From the human T2T-CHM13v2.0 reference genome, Homo sapiens: a DNA stretch of 64,000 nt. Each line of letters starts with the position of its first letter. Position 1 is the first letter of the stretch. The DNA lies in NCBI RefSeq assembly GCF_009914755.1, contig NC_060948.1. One strand, given 5' to 3'. A program made the position numbers and the translations under genes. Under the pieces are notes generated by a model, which worked only from the letters and a program-made list of their open reading frames with translations, had not been told where the DNA came from and searched no databases. Positions 43,526 to 64,000 of the stretch are shown one piece after another.

Positions 43526-44307
43526 CCTGGACCCAATGCTAGCTAGAGGTACATAAAGTTTTTGCCAAAAGGGTTTTGAAATTGTGGACTTTTTTTTTTT
43601 TCAGTCAATGCCACGTAAGTCACAGAAAAAAAAAAATCCTTCATGAGGAAAAAAGAAACATTTCACCCGCTCCTTTTTGTGGTGATCAGAGATTGATTAA
43701 TTTAGTTTTGCATTAATCAAGTTGTCATCAGAACCTTCCCTGCTAATCTGTAAATGCTGCCCCTGTTAATGTGTATTTACTCACCTGATGTCTCACCTCA
43801 TTTCTCTACAGATATTCTCATTGTAAATTAAGGGAATCGGGGCAAGATGAGAAATTTAACAGTTAGACCTCAACACAATGTCGCCCTTAGCAAAGTGCTT
43901 TGAGATTGTCGCATTGCCTAAAAAATGCAATCAATATTTAGGAAAGCTCTTTAGAAATCAGAGCTAACAGTTCTCCTTCTCTCTGGCAATTCCTTGAGCT
44001 CCTAAAAAAAAAATGTTTGAAAGTACTAAAGGGCTAACTGACTTGAGTAACAACTCTCATCTGTTTTTTAGAAAGAGGTCCAGCAGAGTTGACGGGTTCA
44101 AAGACATTGAAAGTTTCAGTGGTTAATGTTTACACCAGAGATTTCCCTTTCTCTCTGATTCATGGCTTAAATTTCTCCAGTTTAGGAAAAGAAATTCTTG
44201 AAAATAAATGTAACTGTAGTTCATCACACTGAAGTGGAACTTCAAAGAGGCACCAATACCGCTGCACCTTTGCCTGAGGGACTGAGGAGGAAGATAAAGA
44301 AGGAAGC

Positions 44308-44635
44308 TGGCTGGGTGTGGTGGCTCATGCCGGTAATCCCAGCACTTTGGGAGGCTGAGGTGGGTGGATCACCTGAGGTCAGGAGTTCGAGACCAGCCTG
44401 ACCAATATGGTGAAGCCTCATCTGTACTAAAACTACAAAAATTAGCCAGGCGTGGTGGTGTGTGCCTGTAGTCCCAGCTACACTGGACGCTGAGGCAGGA
44501 GAATCAGTTTAACCTGGGAGGCAGAGGTTGCAGTGAGCCAAGATCGCGCCACTGCACACCAGTCTGGGCAACAGAGCCAGACTCTGCCTGAAAACAAAAG
44601 AAAACAAAACAACAAACAAACAAACAAACAAAAAA
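44308..44635 (+). mobile_element. AluSx-type element (mirror)
   Basis: Reverse complement of 40295-40622. Confidence 0.88.
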
Positions 44636-47600
44636 ATGAAAGAAGCCAGATTACCACAAAACAATATGATAAAGACAAGCAACTCAAATGAAAAATGACC
44701 GGAGGCTATGAACAGGTCTCTCAGCAATGAGGAATCCAAACAGTCAACAAACAGTAGAAAAAAGTTTAACTCCATGAGCAATCAGGGAAAACCAAAGTAA
44801 AATGAAAATGAGATGCCACTTCTTGACCATCAGGTTGGCAAATTAAAGAGCAGTGATATCAATATTGGAAAGTGAATAGACAAATGAAGACTCTAACTCA
44901 CAAATGGTGGAGTGTAAATTGGTACATACTGGCACAACACTTCAAAGGGCAATTTTCTGATATCTATTAAAATTTGAAATGTGCATATCCATGACCCGAC
45001 AGATATATCTCTTGGCGTTCACCCCCAGAAAAAATAAATACTCATTTGGCTCCAATGAGAGAGGTTCATTGTATATTATTAATAACTACGACAAAGCACA
45101 AGTGACCTAAATGTCCATTGACCAGGGAATGGCTAATAATGGTGGCATATCCATATTATGTAAAATTATGCCAAAGTTAAAAGGAATTAAGTATATATAT
45201 ATGTGCTGACATTAGAAATTTCTGAGTAACTGGGTGTGATGGTGTACCCCCATAGTCCCAGCTACTCATAGGCTGAGGTGGGAGGATCACTTGAACCCAG
45301 GAGTTCCAGGCCAGCCTGGGCAATACAGCAAGACCTCATTTCTAAAAAAGAAAAAAAATCTACCTGTTAATGTAGGTATTTCTGAGTCATGTTCTTGGAG
45401 GAAAAAAATCAAGTTACATACATTTTAATAGCATTTTTGTTCAAGAACATATACCCCAAATAATATATATTCCCTCTATATACCCTCTAAGTATAAATAT
45501 ATAGTGTAAGCATACATTTTCTACAATATGTATACATATACATAGTACTTATTATATGAATATAATTTCTCTATTACAAGTATAATAAAAATGCCACATA
45601 TTTTATGTTAGTAAATATGTTCTGTAAGTTCAAATATCAAATGTTCCCTATAAGTGTATAAAAGGAAACATCTAGAAAAACATCTGAAAGGATTTACACC
45701 AAACTACCCATCTCTGGGAATGGATCTGGGATGTAGAGCTGGTGGTCAAAAGGTAACTTAAGCCTACCTGAATGTTTTTAGTATTTTAAAGAAAGGGGCA
45801 CATATTATCTATTACTCGTATTGTCAAAAATGGATAAGAAACAAAAAATGAATGTAGAAAGAATAAAACTAAGGAAATGAAGGTTAGCATGATTAGGGAT
45901 GAGGAAAGGAAGAAGAGTGAGTTATACCAGCTTTTTCTCTCTGCTTTCTCCACAAGTGTTCAACTTGTGATTTGCAAGAGTTTGCTCAGTAGTGATGCCT
46001 CCTGATGCAGAAAAAGCAGTTTCAAAGCAACTGGGAGAAGTATGTGTGTGAGTAGGCAGTCAGTGGTGTAGAGATGAGATTGATTCCAACATTTGAAAAA
46101 AGTACTGAAAGATTTGTTAACAGGCAAAATTCAGAAGGAAATGTGGAAATTTTACTTTTGTTAAGCAGATAGGCTCCTCAAGGGCCAATTGTTTTGGAGC
46201 AATTCATTAGTGTAGATAGAAGTATTATCTGTTCAGGCTGCTATAGTAAAAGCAATACTCCACAAAACAATAGTACATGAACATGATTTATCCAAGTTTG
46301 TTGCTACTTTGTAACAAGGATTGTCTTTCCTCTAGTCTCCAATAACATGTTCCTCACGTCAGAATGGTCTTTACTGTCTATATTTCTACTAAGTCTCTTC
46401 ACAACTACTTAGGTACTCTCTAAGAAGAGTCAAGTTTTCTCTACAGCTCTCCTTTTCTCCTTCTGAACCCTCATCAGAATCACCCTTTATGGCCTGGTCT
46501 GTTCACAGCAGTGTAGGATTTTTCTAGGATACATGTCAAAACTCTTCCAGCCTCTACCCATTACCCATTTACAAAACTGATTCCATAGTTTTAGGCATTT
46601 ATTATAGCAGCACCCCTCTCCCAGTACTACCTTTCTTAATCTGTTCAGGCTCTTATAATAACAATACCTGAACCTGGATGGCTTATAAACAACAGAAATT
46701 TGTATCTCACAGTTTTGGAGACTGGCAAGTCCAAGACCAGGGTGTCAGCACGGTGAGGTTCTGGTGAGGACACTTTTCTGGGGTGCAGACTGCCAACTTC
46801 TTGCTGTATTCTTACATGGTAGGAGGAGTAACTAAGCTCCCCGAGTCCTCTTTTACAAGGGCATCAATCCCATTCACCAAAGCTCTGGCCTCATGACATA
46901 ATTCGTCTCCCAAAGGCTCCACTTCCTAATACCATCATTCATTCACGAACGCTCTGCCCTTAGGACCTAATTCATCTCCCAAAGGCTCCGCTTCCTGATA
47001 CCATCACCCCAGGGACTAGAGTTTCAACATATGTACAGGTGAGAGGTTGAGTGGGGGCAAACATTCAGACCATAGTGTTGTTTAGGGCTTAGATTTGTGG
47101 TTTTGCTTCTTTGTTTAGCTACTCTCATGGGAACAAGACATTTAATACATAAATTTGTCCCACTATATTACCCCTTTCTTCCTCCATGTAGTTTGCTAAT
47201 ATAGCATACTGGTTGAGAACTCAGATGTTAAAGTCTGACTGGGTTTAAATCACAGCTCTGATGCCTACCAACTATGATCTCAGGCAAGTTATCCAACCTC
47301 TGTGTACCTCTACTTCCTTCTCCATAAAATTGAGATAATAATAGCACCTAGTATTGTTATGAGGATTAGATGAACTAGAAGTAAAATGATTACAATAATG
47401 CCTGGTACATAGTATGCACCGTATCAGTATCAGTGCCTTGTGTCAATATTATTACTTTTAACAAACTGATAATTTTTCAGTTAAATATTTAATATTTAGA
47501 ATCAAGAGGCCATCATGAAGATTATGCACGTTTGCTTCAGACCAATCCCAAAATTCAGACAATCTGCTTAGGAGATTTAAGTTTTGACTGAATAAACTAT

Positions 47601-49139
47601 TATTGCAGGTAGTAGGATTAAAGGTGAACAGGCAGGGCTTAAGCCAATGTTGCTCAGTTGATAGACATATCTGTAAGTATGCACAAGTGTACACGAGATG
47701 TGTGTTGCTATGCTGGACCACACGAATACAGGTCCAACAGAAGATGAGGCACCATACCCTGAGATTTAAATGGAATTGGTTTAAACATCTGCTAACATGC
47801 AATGGGAATAGCACATATTTCTTTCTATCTTGCTGGGCATACTGAGCTCATGATTTTTGCTTTTCCAGGTCACTTTTGGCTGTAAGCTACTGTTCCTACT
47901 GAATTATTTCATCTACATATCATCTTGCTGTGGATCAGCATGCTGTCCCTGACCCATGTTGCAACGGACAGTGTCCTTGACACTCCTCACAAAATACCGC
48001 TGACATAAGGCATTTGTGTGTGTACTGGAAGCTTGGTAAAGGTTGGACACTATAGCAGGACAGTATGCTACATAATCACAGTAAAGAGTCATAAATCTTT
48101 TAGCTGTTAACCTTCTTTTTAAAAGCAGTCTGGCTAACCTCACTCATCACCTAATGTAGTCAAGATGCTTCGTTGCAAGCAATAGTCACAGAAGTTTTGG
48201 CTGGTTTAAACAGGAGAACAACTTATTAAAATTTATTGGATAACTAGCCCACAGAATCTCAAAATGAACCAAAGAGCCAGGTTGTCTCCAGGAATGACAC
48301 ACAAAACCGTGCCGCAGAACTTGTCCAGTGAAGAAACCTCAGCTGTCACCACTGGGCACTGAGTTACATCGTGGCTTGCACAACTGACAGTAGTGGCCAC
48401 CGCAGCTCTAACCGATACCATGGCTGCCGCTGCTGCTGTTGATACTCTTCTCCAGAAAGAATTCTCTGCAGTCCCTTCTTTACAGCATCAGCAGTCCCCT
48501 CTTCAAAATTTGGGATGGGTGCATCTCACTGCTGTTGTGTAGGTTACCTGCCCAAGATGTAGCTGCAAGAAAGGCTGAGAAAGTAGACTATTTATTTATA
48601 AGGTGAAGCATTCTCAGATCCAGGGGGGGTGCAACTTGTTTATGACAAGCGCTCTCGATGGCAATGTTTCTTGACCGTCAGTCAGTGTGCACATGAGCCA
48701 TTTGGAGATCTTGTTAAAATGCAGACTCTGATTCAGTAGGTTTGGCATGGGACCTGAGATTTTACAGCACCCGCGTGATGTGAAGTTGCTGATCTGAGGA
48801 TTACATACACTGAGTAGCAAGCCTCCATAGCACCAATAGCACCAATTTTCAAATTTGGCCCCATATTGGAGTAACAAGACAAACATTTCCTTAAAAAAAA
48901 TATTGACTTCTGAGCCCTGCCCTCAGCTGATTTAGTTGGTTTGGGGTGAGGCACGGACATACAAATTTTTTAAATTTGTTTAAAAAATAGTTAAATTTAT
49001 TTAAACAATAAATATAATTTTTAAAATTATATTTAAAAAATATAAATTATTTAAAACATATATAAAAAAAAGTTTCTAATATACTCAGACATCTTTCACT
49101 GCAGGCTCCAACTTCTTGTCTCTTTGCAAGGTTAATTTC

Positions 49140-49430
49140 ATTTTTCTGAGAAGGAGTCTCACTGTGTCACCCAGGCTGGAATGCAGTGGGGGCAATCTTG
49201 GCTCACTGCAACCGCCACCTCCCAGACTCAAATGATCCTCCCACCTCAGCCTCCTGAGGAGCAGGGACCACAGCTGCACACTGCCACACCCAGCTAATTT
49301 TTGGTATTTTTGGTAGAGACAGGGTTTTCCCATGTTCCCCAGACTGGTCTCAAACACCTGAACTTGGGCGATCCATCGGGCTCAGCCTCCCAAAGTGTGA
49401 GAATTACAGGTGTGAGCAAATAAGCCAACC
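49140..49430 (-). mobile_element. Old AluJ-type element (mirror)
   Basis: Reverse complement of 35500-35790. Confidence 0.85.
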
Positions 49431-52400
49431 TGCAAGGTTACTTCTTTTCTCCAGCTTCCAGGACTTCCACTTCTCCCCCCAACCCCTTGCTTGGTTTCTC
49501 CCCTTGTAATTTGATTATTCTCATTTATTAGGCAGAACAATTTGAAACTCTACTCTTTAGTCCCTTGGGCCTAACTTTGCATATCTAAAGCTCTATGGAG
49601 TTCTGCTAGTCCAGTGTTTCCCAAAACCATGTTACCTGTTGACCTGGCAGAATGTGGTATGAAGTGACGCATAAACAAACAGTGTTTTAAATTTGAATCT
49701 TTCTGTATTTATTTTAATGTCACCGTTTAAAATGTAGCTAAAACAGTACATCTGATCTTGCAAATGTTATTGTTTAGGACAATAAGTTAATTTTAAAAAC
49801 AGGTAAATAATAATAGACGCTCAGGGCAGATAAAACAAAAATCTTGAAAATGATTTGCAAGTGATTGAAATTCAAGTGTGCCTATACAAACGTAGCCTTC
49901 TTTCCAAAGCCGTAGGCTTTAGGAGCACAGAAGAACTGGCAGAGGTGTTCAAAGACACCAGCATTTTTTCTTCTCCCCCAGCATATAGGAAGAAATATAG
50001 AGATCTATTTCTGAGCTGATACGAATTATGCCACTAATCTTACTTAACACATTGAAATGGATACAATCAGTTTTGATCCTAAAAATTTTTTAAGAGATTT
50101 CATAAGATTTCAAGAAAACAGCACCAGCCTTTAAAAAATTCATGATCTAAAGAAAATTCTAAGAATCACTTATGAAATATAAAATACAAATAATGTTTGA
50201 TCCCTTGACCAGCTAACCTTTAACAAGAAAATGGGTGAAACTGTTCAGAACTGTTAAGAACTAATACACAAATCCAGAAAGTGTTAAAACTCCTAAGCAG
50301 GCAAAATTTTTAAAAACTCCACACCTACTTACATCATTGTGAAAGTTCAGAACACCAAAGAAAAACTGATCTTACACAGCAAAAAGACTGACAGCAGATT
50401 TCTCAGTTGCAATAGAAACTAGAAGATAACAGAGTAATATGCTCAATATTCTGAGAGGGAAAATACTTTTAAACCTAGAATTATATATTCAGTATAATTA
50501 TGAAACAACAGGGAAAAATCAAAATATTTTAGGTAGAAAAAAACCCAAGAGTTTACCACATCACACTGTCACACAAGGAAATTATAAAGAATTTGCTACA
50601 GGCGTAAGGAAAATGATTCAGAAGGCAGATCTGAGATATGCAAAGAAATGGTAAGCAAAATGTTACTACATATGTGGATGGGTCTAAAAAAACGATGTCT
50701 AATTTATATGGTGAAACCAGGATAGAGCTAAAATAGTGAATAACATATAAACTGAGAGAGGGGAGGGTGTCCAAAGCTAAAACATCCTAAAGGCCTTTGT
50801 ATTATTCAAGAGGAGAGTAAAGCTATGTATTAGCTTTATATTTTAAGTTTACATTTTCAAATAGTAAAACAGTCACTTAAAAATATAGACTGCATTACTC
50901 CAAATAAGTTGAGGAAAAAAATAACGTGACAAAAAGAAAAAACACAAAACAAAACACATACACACGTGAGCATATTACTGTTATCTTCTAGTTTCTATTG
51001 CTACTGAGAAGCTTCTTCTGTAAGTTTTAACTTTCTTGTTTGTATGCCATTCTTATTCAAGATAAGTAGTGTTGTATAAATTTTTACTGTGAGCGTGTCC
51101 TTAAAGGATCATTTTCTTTCAGCCTAGGTTGTAGAAGGATTCATCCAAGTCGGCTTTATGTTTGCTTCTGCCAGGCATTCTAGATGCCCCATGTCTAGGA
51201 TCTCTTTAGGCAGGAGAGAGGGTGATGGTGTAGGAGGACCCATTTCTTGGCTTGCAGATTCCAATAATATGTCACAGATTTAAACCCCAAACTTTGATGA
51301 AATGCAGGTCTAGGGTTTTAAAATATAATGAGAGTTAAATACGTATTTTCTTCATCCAGAGATGGGGCAAGCTTCCTCATCTGCTCGTTCATGGGTGATT
51401 TATATTTTCCCCACTCCATCCTTTTCCTAAGGATTTTAGGGACAATGGCTTTTTGCAGAGTACTCAGTTCCAGCTCCCACCTTGAGCCCTTACCTCCTGC
51501 CCCTAAACATCCAGACCTCAAGTTAGAGAGAGTAACATTTTGCCCACACCTAGGAGGACCAATCCTTCTGGTTTCCTTAGGGATGCAGGAATTTCTCAGT
51601 GCTAAAACCAGTAAGTCCTGGGCAAACGAGTATGACTGGCTGCCCTACAACCCAGCCCCCATATCCAGGGCAGGAGAACAATCATTTGAACAATTCATTG
51701 CTCTGGTTTTCAGTTGATTTTTGGTTCTTGGAATTTCCCTTCTTTTTTTATGGGCTTATCTGCCTATTGGAAACAAAACGTTATTTTTTTTTATCCCGCA
51801 TTACTAGATGTCAGTAGTGAGACACGTCTCACGTTATAGCAGTCCAGCATTTTGCCAGTTCAAAAAGTCACATTTTAATTCTTTCCGTCAGTACAGAAGT
51901 GAAGTTTGAGGATAAAGGTCATAGCCACGTAGCCCTGTGTGCATAACCAGGTGCTGGAGTGGTCCCCAAAGTTATGTGATTGGCTCCACCACCTGCCCCA
52001 CAGCTTGCTCCCGCTCTAGGCCCTTGCTCTGATCTTGAGAATGTTCTGTAAGTCTCTAGGCAGGCCTAGCGTCTTTCTGTAAGTCCTAGAAGGTGAAGTC
52101 TTCCATTAAAATGTAAAATCCCTGAGCAAAGAGATATTATTTTATTCTGTTCACTCCTGCATCTGCAGTACCTGGTAATCACAGGCACTCAGTAACTATC
52201 TCTTGAAAGAAGGAACATCCTGAATGTCAAAACTGGCGTTCCCTCCCATCCAACCCCTTATATCTCAAACTTGACAGAAAGGAGTCCAAGTTTCTGGCCT
52301 GTTGATGTCTCCCTCCGTTTTCCACAGACTTGCTACTATTTATTTCTGCAGGTACTTTAAAAGATTTTGGGGTGGGTGTGACGCTAACAGTGATTGTGCT

Positions 52401-52935
52401 AAACCTGTGCATTCCGGAAGCCATTTTGAAACTACAGCCCAGACACATTATCATTTTTTAAAACTATACCATATATTTCAGTATGCATACTTATTTCAAG
52501 GGTGTTTTGGAGGCGGTGCCTGCCTGGAACCCAGGCACTGGCCAGCACACACGCACGGCATACCCTGCGTACTCTACGCACCCACAGCGTGGGGGACGGC
52601 CGTCATCCCCCGCAGGCCTCCACCCTCCAGGGGGCGGGTGTGCTGCCACCCATTGGCTCAGGCCGATACCACGCGCCCCGATACCCGGCACAGGAGCCAC
52701 CTCCCAGAGCCCCGCAGTCCATGCCTCAGTCGGCCTGCGCTCCTCAGCCTGGCGGTTCTACCTCCGAGGGTTCGCCCGCCCTTGGTTTTCCTTACACCTT
52801 AGCCTTTGGCTCCTTTGACCACTCGAAGCCCCACAGCGTGTTCCAGCGGACTTCACCAGCAGACCCAGAAGTGGTGGGTGAAACACTGCCTCTGTTCCTC
52901 CTTGAGCCTGTCGGGAGCTGCTGCCTGCCACCACC

Positions 52936-62865
<9,930 letters not shown>

Positions 62866-63617
62866 GTAATTGAAGAGGGAGTAAGATGATTTACTTTCAG
62901 CTACTATTGAGGCCTCAACTTGCTTATACAAATTGCTTGAATAGGTTGTCCTTTTAAACTAGTGAACTGTACCTAAAATTTAAGAAATCACTTAGAATTA
63001 GTGTAATGAGGACCTCTGTTTTATTTAGAAGTGATGAAATAAGATTTTGACAGGAGGGTACTTAGCAATAACTTTTCCGTAGAACAATTTCTGAGATTTG
63101 GTGTTCCCTTCTTTGTTTCAGCATGTATTTTGTTATCTTTGCTGTCAAAGAGCTGAAACATCCAGACTGACTTTCCTGAATCTTGTAGAGATACAGAGTG
63201 AAATAAAAGCTTTACCGAATTCTTAGAGCACAGAATTTCAGTTGTATTTTTATTTTAGCTTGCTGCTTCATGATAGCAGTTCTCTGGGTCTCTTTTCAAT
63301 GGTACAACTATTATCTGTGACCCATAATTGTATCTGTGGTAACAAATTCAAAGAATTAATATCTTTGAGGGTTCCACAATTCTGTTTCCATAAAATTGGG
63401 AAAAAGGTGAGGTTTTCTGTGTAGAAGTAACAACAAGAACTTTGGGGATTAGAAACCTAAAGTACTTCTTTTTTCTATTCTGTTTCTTTTATTATAACAA
63501 AGGAGCCATCATGATAAATACTCCAATATTATGTAACTCATGTGTTTTTGAAAACGTGTAGGAGTATTTAAATAATTTTGGTTACTTTTTTTTTTTTTTT
63601 TTTTTTTTTAATTTAAG

Positions 63618-63668
63618 ATTCCACTGCACTGGCCTGTTGGGGCGCAAAGGAGTTATGTTGTTCCTCCG
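63618..63668 (+). pseudogene. DAZL exon 8-like copy in the right gene
   Basis: Mirror of 10412-10462: long T tract, tttaag|ATT CCA CTG...CCT CCG|gtaaag. Confidence 0.75.
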
Positions 63669-64000
63669 GTAAAGCGAATGAGTGAAACATATACCTGCTC
63701 TTCTTTCTTGATTTTTTGTGTGGCACATATGCCTATAAATATTTTTAATGATTCTTTATATTGATGTGTTAACGTTTTGTTACTTTCTTTTTAACCCAAT
63801 TATAATCTCCCATGGGAGAAACAGTGCCTTTTTCTCTCTCAGGTTTTTGTATGCTTAAGCAATGGCTTCTCCAAATTATGACAAGTGTTCAGTTACTTGT
63901 CGATAGATTATTTAATCTAAGAAAGGTAGTCCTAATGTGGCTTTATCTAAGAAAGGTAGTATTAATTTGGCTTTAGAATAGCATGTATCTGATGAGAATC

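Larger units (their letters stand above)
41397..43534. other. Non-duplicated palindrome spacer, 2138 bp
   Basis: Inverted identity stops at ...ctagctagcatt (41396) and resumes at aatgctagctag... (43535). Size agrees with the ~2.1-kb spacers known for Y palindromes P1/P2. Confidence 0.93.

Overview
This is human Y-chromosome AZFc sequence covering the centre of a DAZ palindrome. Two head-to-head DAZ genes sit on inverted arms of near-perfect identity (position x pairs with about 84930-x), separated by a 2138-bp spacer (41397-43534) that holds a truncated THE1 MaLR element. The left gene (- strand, ATG at 31994) has two tandem 10.85-kb units carrying RRM exons 2-6, then an array of ~2.4-kb DAZ repeats with five 72-nt coding exons visible, and it runs off the left edge. 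The right gene (+ strand, ATG at 52936) has one RRM unit and its first DAZ-repeat exon, and runs off the right edge. The best-fitting names are DAZ1 (a 2-RRM form) and DAZ2, but DAZ4/DAZ3 cannot be excluded. The locus is well studied and I do not see a new biological system. The points worth a second look are intact cryptic DAZL-like exons, a frameshifted relic of the DAZL alternative first exon, a human-specific AluYb8 in both arms with its empty site in the RRM duplicate, a sharp identity step inside the RRM duplication, and convergent CTCF motifs around the palindrome centre. Nearly all ORFs in the supplied track are spurious. All alignments were done by eye and all comparisons to DAZL, repeat consensuses and primers are from memory.
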